A stretch of DNA of 64,000 bases from Octopus vulgaris (taxonomy: Eukaryota). The translations under genes and the position numbers were made by a program. The stretch lies in NCBI GenBank assembly GCA_951406725.2, contig OX597832.1, positions 16,492,001 through 16,556,000 on the forward strand. Reading direction: 5' to 3'. The first letter of the stretch is position 1, and each line of letters opens with the position of its first letter. Under the pieces are notes generated by a model. It ran no database searches. It had not been told where the DNA came from and was given only the letters and a program-made list of their open reading frames with translations. Below are positions 13,365-28,243 of the stretch, in pieces.

Positions 13365-13713
13365 ATGAGTATTATTTTTCGTATATTTTCACTTGTTTAT
13401 TGCTTGGGTTGGTGTTGAGTTTGATCAGAGAACATAATCTTTTGTGGAGAATGGCGATTTGACGTCTATATCTAGCATGTTGACTGTCCACTTTTTCGTG
13501 TTCAGTCCTTAATTGTTATATATAAAAATATTTAATCTTCGGATTTTTTTAATATGTTAAACCACTGGTTTTAATTGATAAATATTGATTTCTAACCTTA
13601 ATTAATTATATATATATATATATAGCTGAAGCAAATGAACACAAAATATAGAGTGCCTGTGTTTTTAATGGCTAAACTGGCAACATGACCATCCCCAAAT
13701 ACAACAATATATA

Positions 13714-13823
<110 letters not shown>

Positions 13824-14138
13824 TATATGTGTGTGTATGTATGTATGTATATGTATGCATACACATATAGGAATACGTATTACTGCATTGTTTTATTTAT
13901 TTATGCATATATTTGAAAGCAGATACACTCGAGCACATTACTGGCCGTCTTGCCGGAATGAATTGAACCTAGTATGTATATAAATATTATATTTATATCC
14001 TGTAAGCTATATTAAGGTCACATACCCCGATGAAAAACTAAGGTTTTCAATAAAATTTACGTAACAAATTCAACTTGTTATAAAATGATTTCAATGTGTT
14101 GTTTAAATGTTGCATCCCTTATCTTTGATGTTTGTATG

Positions 14139-14213
<75 letters not shown>

Positions 14214-14509
14214 ATATATATACATGTACCTATACATGTGGGTGTGTATAATCATTGCATACATACTGAATAGCATGGATATAATCCGATGTTTTCAATT
14301 TCTGTCTACCAAACCCACACGCAGGGCACTGTTCGGCTCGGGAGATATCGTAGTCGACACTTGCTGTGAGCTAACACGTAGTGCGAATGGACCAGGAAAC
14401 AAGTATTTCGGAAAACATACTCACACACATGGACACACGCACGCACGCACATACACACACACAGAGAAATATATTAAAAGAGAGATTTAGAAAGATTAGA
14501 TAGACGGAC

Positions 14510-14619
<110 letters not shown>

Positions 14620-14969
14620 TTATATATAGATAGATATAGATATGTATATATAGATAGAGAAATAGAGAGAGAGGGAGAGAGAGAGAGAGACAAACGATAG
14701 ATAAATAAACAGGTGTATATATGCACCTGTTTCTTTTCAAACAGAATATTAAAGATTGGGCTACTGAATCATATACGCAGTTTGATAGTGTAATCTCCCG
14801 TGGTTCTTTTATGATTTATTCACAAGTTATAATTCCACAGCAGCGCTAATTATATTTTAAAGAAAACCTGGATATGTTTTCAATTTATGAATGTATATAA
14901 ACAGTGTTTACTGTGTTAGGTCATATATACATGTGTGTGTATATAACTTCTGACATAAAATACCATACA

Positions 14970-15013
<44 letters not shown>

Positions 15014-15077
15014 TACATATGCGCATATACTCATACATATGATACATATATATGTACACATATATACATTCATATAC

Positions 15078-15113
<36 letters not shown>

Positions 15114-15589
15114 ATAATATATCGATATACATTGTGTCTGTGATGGTTTTTAGTAAGTAGCGTCAACATTTACAAGTCTGGAGTTAATAATTTTGGTTTT
15201 TGTATGTATGTACACACCCTAAAAAGCACACTCATATACATACACATAGAAAATTAGAAAGACAATACTCATAGAACTAAGTGCAACATTCACCTCAAAC
15301 ATCGAATATGCAGATTGGATAAATATCTTCTCAGGATATATTTTACATCAGATTATTTCTGTGATTATAGTTCAAAATGAGAGTAGATAAAACTCTGTCA
15401 TCGTATCCGACACCGCTTTCCTCAGTTCTTTACCCTCAATCTACTCAATGAATATAAGTTCACTTCTGAAAATATTACTATCTGAGAGAGGATTCGATCT
15501 ATGATAAATTATAATTCATGATGTTCTGTATTACTACATCGATTAGTATTTCACATGGGGACCATAATTTTGCATGATGACAGAATAAG

Positions 15590-16420
15590 TGTTTCACAAT
15601 GTGTGTGCCTTCACATTTCCTACATATTCATAGGCAATCGAACGTTAGCATTCAAGATGAATTAATATGAAGGATGGAATATTAATGCGGCTCGCTGTCT
15701 TTTTCCCTAAGATTCTGTTTATGATTTCTCAAAGCACACAAGCAAAGGGATTCAGCACAATTTTCAAAACCAAATTTGTTTGTGGCATGTGAAGAATTCA
15801 ATTCTGTCAACAAACCTAAGAATTGTAACAGAACACAATAACATTTTCAAACTGTTCGTCGAATAAAAGAGGAAAATGACGAGAAGATTATTCAGATATC
15901 AATTATTTTCCCTATTTTAAAAGAGTGAGTGAATTATCTGAATAATGCATTTAATAAATAGACATGGATTTAAGTGTTTTGATCTTCATCAAAATGTTCC
16001 CTTTAATCATAAGCTTTTAAAATCTGGAATATCTTAATCGGTGATTTTCTGTTTTACTGAACCCTCCATATCATCAATACTTGAAGTCAGGAGACCCGTT
16101 ATTTTTATAGAAATTTTATATGTCTCTCAACTATGCAATGGTACTCATCTGATTGTGAAGAAGTTGCATTTTCTTTTCAAACTAGAAAGGTAGCATTTGT
16201 GACACAAAACAACAAATTCGTCTTATAAATTCAAGTATCTCTTTAATCCCTGAAGAGATTCCATTTGATCTTAAACGACTTTTGCTTCAATTACGAATTG
16301 AAATTTTAATGAGCATCGACGAATTACTGAGGTAGAGCCTCAAATTACACAAATCACTTTAGAAACATATTGCCATTCCATGTTCAAGTATATGATGCGT
16401 TTCCAAAAATTTAATACAGC
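15590..16420 (+). mobile_element. Highly decayed Helitron Pif1-type helicase C-terminus
   Basis: Hand translation gives PPYHQYLKSGDP, QLCNGTHLIVKKL and LIPEEIPFDLKRL...MSIDE...SL, collinear with the Helitron motifs PPHxLxLKVG, LCNGTRL and IPFxFKRLQFP..AMSINKSQGQSL. The left boundary is uncertain. Confidence 0.6.
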
Positions 16421-17004
16421 AGCCATTTGTTTGATTTGGATATTCGCAGAAAAAAGAAGCACATGTTAGAATCCTCCATTAAATAATGGAAAAATACTGA
16501 GTAAAAATAATTCGTTTACGATAATTATGGAAATGATTCAATTATTCAAAATAAAACATTTTCGCAGAATGTAACAAAAACATTAGATTAAAATTTTAAT
16601 ATTAGTTTCTATATTTATTTTTATATGTTATCAAGCTCGACAACGACTATCATCTCCATTGTTTTGTCTGTAACAATTTAGAGGAAATCAACAATCCTGA
16701 AACAAACAAAGTTAGCCAGCATATTTTTATGCGAGTTATTCAAAATATTTTGCATCCATATTATTGTACTTAATTTAGATGTTAATAAGTTTAGACAATA
16801 TAATTTTTAAATATACAAATTTTTAGCTATTATTTGTTGGAACAGTAACAGTAAAGCAAATGAGTTTAACATATGGTAATTATGCACAAATACATTTTTG
16901 CATATGTCATTATGTTTTGTAATTCTGTCCGCATCATAGGCTGTTCGAATTTCCTCTTTATTAATGTTATGAATATTGCTTTCAAATGTTAACAAATTCA
17001 GCAA

Positions 17005-17175
17005 GTTCGGTGAGGGGAGAACTCTATTGTATCGACTATTACTTATTTCATCAACCGCAGAAGCATGTAAATAAAAGTGGATCTCAGCGGAATTTGAATT
17101 CAGAAGGTAATGAAGAACGAAATGTCACTAAACATTTTGCCCGGCATGCACACGTTTCTGCCAGTTCACCGACTT
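17005..17175 (-). mobile_element. Degenerate SINE B-related copy
   Basis: CTCAGCGGAATTTGAATTC...TTTGCCCGGCATGCACACGTTTCTGCCAGTTCACCG. Confidence 0.65.
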
Positions 17176-17204
17176 ATGACAGTGGTAATAACTTTTTTTT
17201 TTAA

Positions 17205-18500
17205 ATATCGGAGTTGCTGATTGACTTTTCTGTATTAAATTTTGATGCTGATTACGAATCTGACGTCCGATTTCCTCTATCAGGTCACATATTCATGTTA
17301 ATGATACCTGCTGTTTTAACTTATAGGATACGTAAAGCATGTCTATATAAAGTATATTGAATACAAGATACGATAATTTCATGGACTTTTTATTGTACAT
17401 AATTAAAGTTATTGTGTACAAATAAGTTAGAATACACTTGAATGCGTAACAACTGAAAATCTTTGGGATTTAGACATTCTATGGTGTTTTGTTTCTGGTT
17501 CATCCCTGTATAACATCCAACAGTAGTCAGCTAACATTCCTGTATTCCAACATCCTTGATATCGTTGTTCATCGATGCAATATCTTGATAGAAGCGTTTC
17601 CCTTTCTCATCAGACACTGCTCCAAGGTTCTTCTGCAAAAGAGTTCAGATGTGAATCAAGGAAATGGACTTTTAGTGACATCCAACAACCCATTGCAGCT
17701 AGAAGACATTTTACTCTGTTTCTAAACTCTAGAGATCTCTTGTTGCCTAGGAAATTTTCACAGAGCCATTTGAAGGATTCCAAGGTTTTAAGCTCAATCT
17801 CATCCAGTGTTGTAAGGAAGTGGGCCTAGGAATACGCCTTCCTTCAATTTTGCCTCGGTGATTTTTGGAAATTTGGCCTTCACATATTCAAAACTTTTTG
17901 ATCTTTTCCTGGCAAGTGTCTTCACGATTTGTTTCATGAGGCCAAGTTTTATGTGAAGAGGGGAAAGAAGACCATTTTCTCGGTTTAAAACTGGCTTACT
18001 CTGGACGTTAGAAACTCCTGGCTCATGATTTTCGCAAAGGCCACTCTAATTGCACATAGTGATTGTTAGTTGCACGACTGTCCCATAGGCATAAAAAGCA
18101 ACAATATTTGGTGAACCCAGATTGCATTCCCATCATCATTTCAATCACCTTCAAGTCTCCGCATATTTTCCAGCTGTAGTTTGTATGCTTTATGGCATTG
18201 AGGAGTACTTGAATGTGTTCATAACACTCCTTCATGTGCACTGTATGTCCTATGGGACTGGCTGGTTTCTTATTGCCGTTGTGTAGTAGTACTGCCTTCA
18301 GGCTTCTCTTAGAGGAATCAATGAATAAGCGCCATTTAACTGGAACATGCTCTTGGAACAAACAGCGAAATAACTCATCAGTCTTATTACTGAAACACAA
18401 TGGTCCATCAACAGAAAAGCATGAAGTCAGACCCCTATTTCTCTTCTTGAAATGAGTAATACAAACATCTTTCTTAAGCAGACACTTTTCTTGTAGGCGA
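17205..18500 (-). mobile_element. Decayed CMC/Chapaev3-like DDE transposase (C-terminal part plus subterminal region)
   Basis: WRLFIDSSKRSLKAVLLHNGN...ICGDLKV...GFTKYCCFLCLWDSR, then PLHIKLGLMKQ, KLKEGVF, NFLGN, MSLKVHFLDSHL, NLGAVSDE, RYQG, MLADYCW. Frameshifted. Confidence 0.8.
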
Positions 18501-18699
18501 GATCAGTTTCTAAAGCACAAAGATTCATAGGATGATGTCTTGGGACGGAACGATCATTCAAATTGGAATTACCCGCATATTACATCACCATTCGATTCCT
18601 AATATTAATTGGCTGTGTTTTGTCTCTCCTGCGCATCTATGCTTGTCTCTTTCTAATTCATATAAGTATATAGACTGTGAGGGAGAGAGATAAAACAAT

Positions 18700-19010
<311 letters not shown>

Positions 19011-19504
19011 TTGGTAGATAAATTGTTATATAGCTAGATTGACTGATTTAAGCATAAGTATACAAATATATAATGAACATGTTAAACTGTTCGGGTTTTA
19101 TGTTTTAAAGTATCTGAAATATGTAATGCAAATCAAGTAACCATTCAATTCGTTATTCCAGTGACATTATTACATTACTATTTCTCTATATATTATTAAA
19201 CCATGAACAAACACATATAACGCTTACATGACTACGAACCATTTCAGCTCTAAGTATAGTGTGTGAAGCTAAATACTTCAGAGTATTTTGTTTCTGTAGT
19301 CTACAAATTCTACTATTTGAAGAAACATTATTTGATCCTACCTGTAAATTTACATAGCACTAATTCTCGAGTTCCAGTGTCCATGAGCATGTCTCATGAC
19401 AACTGCAGTTAGTTCGACGATTTTCACTTTGCCTGTAACGCAATGCTATTAACCTATATAATTGGCAACCGGATATGACGTCGTAATACCTCTCTTTAAC
19501 CGCA

Positions 19505-19531
19505 TCTATATATATATATATACACATATAT

Positions 19532-19581
<50 letters not shown>

Positions 19582-19598
19582 TTACTTATATATATATG

Positions 19599-19631
<33 letters not shown>

Positions 19632-19758
19632 GCATGTATATATATATATATATATATTTATTTATATATATATATGTATGTGTATATATATATATATTTA
19701 TTTATATATATATATGTATGTATATATATACATATATATATATGTATATATATGTATG

Positions 19759-19791
<33 letters not shown>

Positions 19792-19799
19792 TGTATATA

Positions 19800-19876
<77 letters not shown>

Positions 19877-19890
19877 ATGTATGTATGCTT
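19505..19890. repeat. Imperfect (TA)n tract
   Basis: Direct reading. Similar (TA)n/(TG)n tracts lie near 990-1230, 13710-13860, 14510-14640, 27210-27350, 30520-30830, 31140-31510, 36590-36735, 44105-44345 and 60070-60260. Confidence 0.95.
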
Positions 19891-20395
19891 AATGAGCTGC
19901 TTAAATTAGAAATCTTCTTCCTGTAGGAGCTGAGGAAGAGATTTGAACCTTAGGCGGAACGTTTGTAACATTATCGACCGCAGTTCAAATATATAACCAT
20001 AATAACGCTACTGTTTGTTCCAGTCCTAATCAATCAGACAGTCTCATAATGACACAGTGAAAACTTATATACTACTGATGATATATAATAAACCAATATC
20101 AAAATTTGTATTTCTTCCTATCTTACAGTATCTGCTTCTTTCTTTCTGTTCTTCTTTCTTTATTTATTTAGCTTAAAATATCTTATATGCGGGACTGTGT
20201 TAAAGACACTCTGAAGAATATTTATGCTGAAGAATTCCATGGGAAGAAATATGGGAATATTTTTGTTGTTTATTTCATTGTTAAGGCGTGTTTCTTCAGA
20301 TATCGATTTTTAATTTTATCTTTCTTTTTGTTACTCTTATCGTATATATCAACTGAGAGATGTGCACTTAGTGAATTGAAACAAATAACGAACGT

Positions 20396-20444
<49 letters not shown>

Positions 20445-20965
20445 AAAAAATGATTTCAAAATAATACAGATGAGGAAAAAAAATACGCAAAAAAATAAAT
20501 GAAACAGAGAAGCTTAAAAATGATAAATAAGAAATCACCTGGAATAATGGAGAACTATTGCTGAAAGCAAATGGCAAATAATTGTGCAGAAAAGAAGACC
20601 AACAAAAAAAAGAAAAAAAAGAAAATCGGAAAGATGAAGTTATCCTGTGGGTATCTGATAGATTAGAACAAATCACAATGGCAATAGTTGGGCTTTCAAT
20701 ACAATGGCAAGAATATAACCCGCTTTTGTAAAGCTGTTCGGTGATTACAGAAAGAAGAAAAAAAAAATAATAAAAAAGAATCCTGGAATAGCCAAAGGTT
20801 ACACATGGGAGGAGTACGAAGCATCGATTAACGATTGTTAAATGGAATTGCTCACCTGATCTGCATTTTTCAGGAATAGTCGTAGTATGAGCAAAGACGG
20901 AAGAATGATTAGAGAATACGTAAAATAGCAAGAGAAGAGAAATGAAGAAGAATCGGAAGATGTAG

Positions 20966-20966
<1 letters not shown>

Positions 20967-21037
<71 letters not shown>

Positions 21038-21153
21038 TAATAAAAATAATAATAATAATAACAATAATGATAATGATAATAATAATAATAATATTAATAA
21101 TAATAATAATTAATAATATAAATAATAATAATAATAATGATAATGATAATAAT
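20967..21153. repeat. (TAA)n microsatellite
   Basis: Direct reading. Confidence 0.95.
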
Positions 21154-21619
21154 ATAGAACACAGTTGGTTTAGTGATGCAATAGTATGTCTAGTTAGCGA
21201 AGTAGTAAGCATAGAACTACTAAGCAGCAGTGTAAACAATGATGACAATCTGATGTATCTTTCTTTCTCGCCCTCACTTTAATTGCGTCGCTCACGATCA
21301 GTGTGCTTATACGAAGTGACAGACACATTTACACACTCAGTCAGTCACACACACACACACACTCAAAATCGCACACACATACACACAGACACGCACAGGC
21401 GTTTATATATTGTTTCATTCCATGTATAATACCCACTCTCTCTCTCTTTCTCTTTCTCTCTCTCTCTCTTCTTTATCTCTGTGTGCATGTGATTGCATGA
21501 TTCGACGAGTGTATACTCACATAGGCAAGTAAATGTAACCAATATATATACACAAGATGGTACGTCTGTGTGTATGCACACACATACAGACGCACACACA
21601 ATGTGTCTATATGCATGCC

Positions 21620-21671
<52 letters not shown>

Positions 21672-21718
21672 TGGATGGATGGATGCATGTATGGATGGAT
21701 TGATAGAAAGATAGATAT

Positions 21719-21767
<49 letters not shown>

Positions 21768-21777
21768 CAGATAGATT

Positions 21778-21824
<47 letters not shown>

Positions 21825-21825
<1 letters not shown>

Positions 21826-22020
21826 TGTTTCTTTATTAGCCACACAGGGCTGCACACAGATAGAACAAATTACAAGGTAGAGCTTTTCTTTTGAATGTTT
21901 AAAAAAAAAAAAAAAAAAAAAAAGTAAGGGGAGTTTCGATCAAAAGGGATCGTAAAAGGAGAGAAGGAGGACAAAAAAAGGGGGTTAAAAAAGGGAGAGG
22001 AAGAAAAAAAAAAAAATAGA
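21825..22020 (-). mobile_element. Probable LINE 3' UTR fragment inside (GATA)n, with a tail similar to SINE B
   Basis: The minus strand is pyrimidine-rich and ends CCTTGTAATTTGTTCTATCTGTGTGCAGCCCTGTGTGGCTAATAAAGAAAC. (GATA)n lies on both sides. Confidence 0.5.
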
Positions 22021-22021
22021 T

Positions 22022-22077
<56 letters not shown>

Positions 22078-22078
22078 C

Positions 22079-22123
<45 letters not shown>

Positions 22124-22124
22124 T

Positions 22125-22161
<37 letters not shown>

Positions 22162-22404
22162 CAGATAGATAGATAGACAGATATATAGATAAATACATGG
22201 ATACATAACTGTATCTTTTCGAATTAATTTTAAAATAATGTAAGATATGGAACGTGTGTGTTTTGCGTAAGTGTATTAGGTAGACTGACGGGGAGTCTAT
22301 AATCGGTCATTAGCGAAATTTCCAGAATTTCGTTTAATCATAATGTTATGCACTACACACAATCATGCGCACTTATATTCTTCATGAACAATATATGTTT
22401 CATG

Positions 22405-22450
<46 letters not shown>

Positions 22451-22961
22451 TTTATATATAGGTATAAGTGTGTATGTGTAAAGTGCATGCACATGCATAC
22501 TGCGGTTTACGTAATTTTATACATTTCACACATACGCGCGATTGCATAGATTGATTGTCACACCGTTCAATATTTCTTTATTGATCAAAGATTCTTATTT
22601 ATTCTGCCTTTCTCTGATAATCCAAATGTTATTATTAATTTTGCGTGGATATCTTTCTGTTCTTTCTCTTATTTTATGTTTTTCCTTCTTATGTATGGTA
22701 AAGTAGCATCTTCTAAAATATTGTTAACTCCTCGGATGAAGGTAAACCACTAGATCCGTAGCAGAAAATTCTGTTAATTCTCCATTTTATTTCCTAATTT
22801 TTTCTTATTTTCTTCAAGAATAGTTTACGTATGAGAAGCAGTAAATACATAAATCCTTCACAACAATCTCCAATCTATCCATCTTTCTAATTTTCTAATT
22901 TTTCTTATTTCTGTTTTTTTTGTTATATTTTCTTTTAAACCTGTATATTTTGACAGAATAG

Positions 22962-23022
<61 letters not shown>

Positions 23023-23030
23023 CACCACAT

Positions 23031-23066
<36 letters not shown>

Positions 23067-23068
23067 AG

Positions 23069-23114
<46 letters not shown>

Positions 23115-23115
23115 T

Positions 23116-23171
<56 letters not shown>

Positions 23172-23172
23172 T
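22962..23172. repeat. (TAC)n microsatellite
   Basis: Direct reading. Confidence 0.95.
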
Positions 23173-23669
23173 TTATCCTTGATATAGCTATTCTTATACA
23201 TCGCTGGAGTTTAAACGGCAGTGAATTGGCATATCCTTGATAGCAAGCAAAACGCATTTGGGAATTTATGGATATTTATGATATCAGCTCAATTTCGACG
23301 AGGTCCTGTTGGCATTTCCTTCTTTCTACGTTGTTAAAGTAGCTATCTACCATAGTATTTCATATTCTAGAGACGATGTTTGGTTTAACTAATAACTGTG
23401 GGTATTACGAAGTGGTCACAATGTGAGCGACAAAAGGAGGGAATATGGCAAGCATAACAGGGCCATGAAGCCCTATAAACCAGAAGCAACTGCAGCAATG
23501 ACATGATCTGTTACCGGAGAATTATGGTTAGAACAGTTGGGTTTGCCTGAGAATAACATAATGACAACGAAATGAACGGTCTTCCATTGACTGTGCTCAG
23601 GATGTCCCCGACGCAAGTATTGTAGCCTCGTAGGGTGGCAGCCAGATCTCAATCGTCAGTCTGAATTAA

Positions 23670-24300
23670 GATTGATAAAATGGAGGTGGTTTTGCAGGAT
23701 TTATGTATTTACAGTTTCTGATACAAAAGCTATTCACGAAGAAAATTTGCAAAGCAAACTTTATATAATTGATTTGGTAAAGCCATATGAAATTATAGGT
23801 AACTACTTGCGTAGTGTCTATACATTTTCTGCATCAGATGCAATAATGGTTTCTTGGTATTGTTTCCTTGGGTCAATGATATAAAAATAATTGTGCGGTC
23901 TTACTGTGATTATTACAAACAAATATCAGAGGCACTTGTTTTAATTTAACCCTACACAATACTTGATCAAAGGCATATAAATCAAGTGTAGTTATTATAT
24001 ACGACGTAGTTTACGGATTCCCATGTAATATTCTTCTGAAAAATTAATCTGTGAATTCCTTGCTAATTATCTTTGATATCTATTGATATGAGCGTCTTAG
24101 AAACTAACTCCTTATTTGAGGAAGATGCATGTTATTCAGAATGTGTGACTCACTTTATTTAGATACGCACTTTTATTGATTTACCTATTAAGTGTTGTTT
24201 ACTTTACAGTTTCTCTCTCCTAGACGGATGAAAAACAAGTAGGAATGATTTTGTGCTTGCAATGGTTGATATGATGTCAGTATAGCATGTCATTAATCTC
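23670..24300 (+). mobile_element. Possible ancient RTE-like reverse transcriptase remnant
   Basis: QSKLYIIDLVKPYE resembles the LYxxFIDLxKAFD motif. Little else is recognisable. Confidence 0.3.
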
Positions 24301-25279
24301 GTTTGGCCCCATATGTATTTTAACTATACAGTCATGACGGACTGAGGTTATTTTATCGGCGCAAAATAAGAGTCAACAGACTTAGCACAAAATCGAATTA
24401 GACATATGAAATTTATCATCATAGACAATCTTTTCGATACCACCACTTCACATTTTTCTATACCCAGATTTATTCTTTTAAAATTGTTTCTCTAAGACAT
24501 TGAGCGACATTTGACAGTCATTATTGTAGGATGAGCAACTTCTAGAAAGATGGATCCATTATGTGTTAAATATTCAATTATAAGTGCATATGACCTGTCG
24601 CAATATGTTTCTCGTCTTATAGAAAGTTTATTTATCCATTTCCGGAAGTTGGAAAACTAGAGATGTGAAATCGATAGTGATACAAAATCTATAGAAAGGT
24701 AGACGATGGCGTGGAATGCCTATAACATAGCTTCGATAAATGATGCAAGTATATAATAAAAAAAGGGTGAAAAAACATTGAATTTTCTGCCATACAATCT
24801 CGATTTATTCAGATCAGTCCTGTTCGTGTATTATGAAATGAGAATTTATTTTTTCAAAATAATGATACTCTCCGTAACTCCTGAAGCAGTTGGCCTCTAA
24901 TGAAAAAAATATATAGTTCATCGACATGTATAATATTTGAAGGAAAGAATCACCGGAAGTAAAAGTGAGATCAGCCGTATATTCGATAAGTGAAAGTTCC
25001 ATTGCATTCATATAAATTTAATAATGATAAAAGCTCATTTTCGAGTTATGCAATGATAACAATAATTTTTGGATATATCTGATGGGGAACGTTTCATAAA
25101 TTGGCTTTATCTTCGCTCAGTTCCTAACGCATTAGTGGCGAAAAATATCTTTCAATTTAAGAGATACGAATAATGTGAAAATGAAACGCTTTGATACGAA
25201 GAGATTGGATGAAACGAAATTTCCATGAATGAGGAATCCAAATTTTGTTGTAATATTGGTTTTAAATAATCCAGAAATT

Positions 25280-25690
25280 TTGTGGGAAGTGGTAAGTCGA
25301 TTGCCCCCTCGATTCCAGTCCTTAGTTGTAACTCATTTCATCAATCCCGAGAGCATAACATAGCATGTCGACCACGACAAAAGGTCAATTCAGAACATAA
25401 AGACGGACGAGATACCGCTTGGGATTTAGCCAGACGGGCTAAGGAATCCGTCAGCTTGCCGCCTTAAGGCCTTTGTTGTAAACTTTGCTTAAATTTTTGG
25501 CACAACACCTGTAAGATCGGGGGAGTGGGCAAATCGATTATTTCGACCACCAGCGTTCAGTTGATATTTATTTTATCGATACCGAAAAGATAAATGGCAA
25601 ACTCAACTTTGGTGGAGTTTCAAGAGAGAACGTACAGCCGGACGAAATGCATCTAGGCATGCGAAGGATTCTGTCATCTCGGCATCGACA
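25280..25690 (-). mobile_element. Two degenerate SINE B-related copies
   Basis: GACGAGATACCGC...CAGCTTGCCGCCTT and TTTATCGATACCGAAAAGATAAATGGCAAA match the SINE B body. Confidence 0.55.
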
Positions 25691-25793
25691 CCTAGAGAAC
25701 TGACTTGTAATATTGACACTTTTGCCTATATGTTACAAGAACACTGCAACTGTTTAAAGTATCAGTCATTAATGCATTAGTTTTCAATGCTCT

Positions 25794-26166
25794 CTTTTAC
25801 TAGTTTCAGTCATTTGACTGTGGCCACGGTGGAGCACCGCCTTGAGTCGTGCAAATCGACCCCAGGACTTATTCTTTGGAAGCCTAGTAGTTATTTTCTC
25901 TGTCACTTTTGTTGAACTTCTACGTTATGGGAACGTAAACACACCAGCATTGGTTGTCAAGCGATGTTGGGGGACAAACACAGACACATAAGCATACACA
26001 CACACACACACACACAGAGTTTCCGTATACGAAATCCACTCACAAGGCTATGCTTGGCCCGAGGCTATAGTAGAAGACACTTGCCCAAGGTGCCACGCAG
26101 TGGGAATGAACCCGTAACCATGTGGTCTGTAAGCAAGCTACCTACAGCACAGCCACTCCTGCGCCT
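25794..26166 (-). mobile_element. SINE family A, near full length
   Basis: Reverse complement of the 4084 copy, with a small internal deletion. Confidence 0.9.
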
Positions 26167-26813
26167 ACATATAAATATTTCATTTATATAAATATCATTT
26201 AATGAGATGTATGACCAAGATATGAGATAATAGCATACAGCATACGAGATAAATGAGAGACTACCATAACAATTCTAGCACGAACATCATTTATACCCAC
26301 ATTGACTACAGCTACATAGCTAGTGGAAAGTTAATGAAAGTGTATCTAGAATGTAAAATATGTAATAGCTCTTACTTACCATATGGGTTCAAAAATGGGA
26401 TGTTTAAATGTTGTACCTAAATTTGCAGTTAAACTGTGACCGAATGTGATGTACGTTTAACTGTCACAACATTGCACGTTCGATACGTATTTTAGTGGTC
26501 AGTTTAACTCACAATTTGATAACAAGATGATCATAAACATCTTGTGTTAGAAAAACGTTTCGCTATAAAGTTAACATCTCTTGCAACTTCGACCACATTT
26601 TGAGGGTTTTCTGTGTTATACACAATGTGTATCACATAACTAAACACATGTTTTATATGCAAGTGTATATCAGTGCATGGGATGGTATTTTGTTGTTGCG
26701 TATGTGTATATTAAATTTATGTGGTTGCCCTTAAACTAACATATGAGCTTGTATAAGATATTTTGAAATATATGGGTATGTATATGTATATATATAAATT
26801 TGAATATATGTGC

Positions 26814-26845
<32 letters not shown>

Positions 26846-27207
26846 CAGTTTATGTATTTATCTATTGATCTAATGCCAATATTTTTATTTCAGTGTATTT
26901 GTGTATGTGTGTGTATACGTGCAAATATAAATGTATATGTACTATAATCGTGTATCGATCAGTCCCTTTCTTCTTATCTCACTATAGATCTATCTATGTA
27001 TGTAAATACGAACAGATTCACAACTCGCCCCGTACACACATATATATTTATATTTGTATATGTTTGTACGAATTTGTAGATTTACGCACAAAAATGGCCC
27101 TTGGATACGGGAATTGATTCCCAACCCCATGGTAACTTGTTCAATATCACTACGTGACATTTTCAGCAAATGTTTTTTTTTTTTTTACTGTAGATCAGGG
27201 ATGTATG

Positions 27208-27336
<129 letters not shown>

Positions 27337-27633
27337 TGTGTGTGTCTGTGTGTGTGTCTGAATGTACGAGAATGAATTTTAGATAATGAAGAAATGAACT
27401 AACGTACGGCATGTTCATTAATAGAAACAGCTGATGTAACTTGATAGGCAGTGAACGTCAGAGATCAGGTTTTCTCTCTTTGGCCAGCTGTTGATATCAA
27501 AGGTGCAGGATCTATTCCATAACAAATATGTGATTAGGGAATTGCATGACGGATTTCTAAAGCCGAGTAAACCAGCAGGAGATCCTGGAGTCCAATAACG
27601 ACATGTTTGTATATATATGTATATATATATCTG

Positions 27634-27685
<52 letters not shown>

Positions 27686-27731
27686 CATATATATATACAT
27701 GTGTGGATATATATATATATATATATATGTA

Positions 27732-27780
<49 letters not shown>

Positions 27781-27784
<4 letters not shown>

Positions 27785-28243
27785 TATACATGTGTTTGCA
27801 TATATGTGTGTATATCGGTATGTGTCAATCTTATATTAAGGCGGTGAGCTAGCAGAATCGTTAGCACGCCGGCCGAAATGCTCAGCGGTATTTCGTCTGC
27901 AGCTATGTTCTGAGTTCAAATTCCGCCGAGGTCGACTTTGCATTTCATCTTTTCGGGGTGGATTAAATAAGTACCAGTTACGCACTGGGGTCGATATAAT
28001 CGACTTAATTCGTTTGTCTGTCCTTGTTCGTCTCTTCTGTGTTTAGCCCCTTGTGGGTAGTAAAGAAATAGGTATGTGTCAATCTTATATGCTCTCAAAG
28101 AAACATCTTTATTAAAACACACCTTATCTGTGGTAACTGTCAGTAAATATATTTACCTGATCCTCTCAATTACACCCTGCGAACCTACCTCTTCTTAAAT
28201 GCTACAGAATTCTGTCTCAGACGTAGAGAAATTAGAGAAACAT
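27781..28243. repeat. Left arm of a long inverted repeat (partner 30320-30530), interrupted by SINE B
   Basis: 28071-28243 and 27781-27836 match the reverse complement of 30320-30530 at roughly 90% by eye. Confidence 0.85.
27838..28070 (+). mobile_element. SINE family B, full length, 20-bp TSD
   Basis: TSD GGTATGTGTCAATCTTATAT at 27817-27836 and 28071-28090. Confidence 0.92.

Larger units (their letters stand above)
12701..13610 (+). mobile_element. Non-coding Penelope-type element: inverted 5' segment, partial tandem and hammerhead-bearing pLTR, between (TA)n tracts
   Basis: 12701-12996 is the reverse complement of 13220-13517. 12995-13094 is a direct copy of 13494-13606. The element ends TTAATTAATTA(TA)n. 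Confidence 0.8.

Noticed and set aside
20368-20931. 187-aa hydrophobic ORF
   Set aside because: It is the antisense of A/G-rich low-complexity DNA, with no family motif or splice context.
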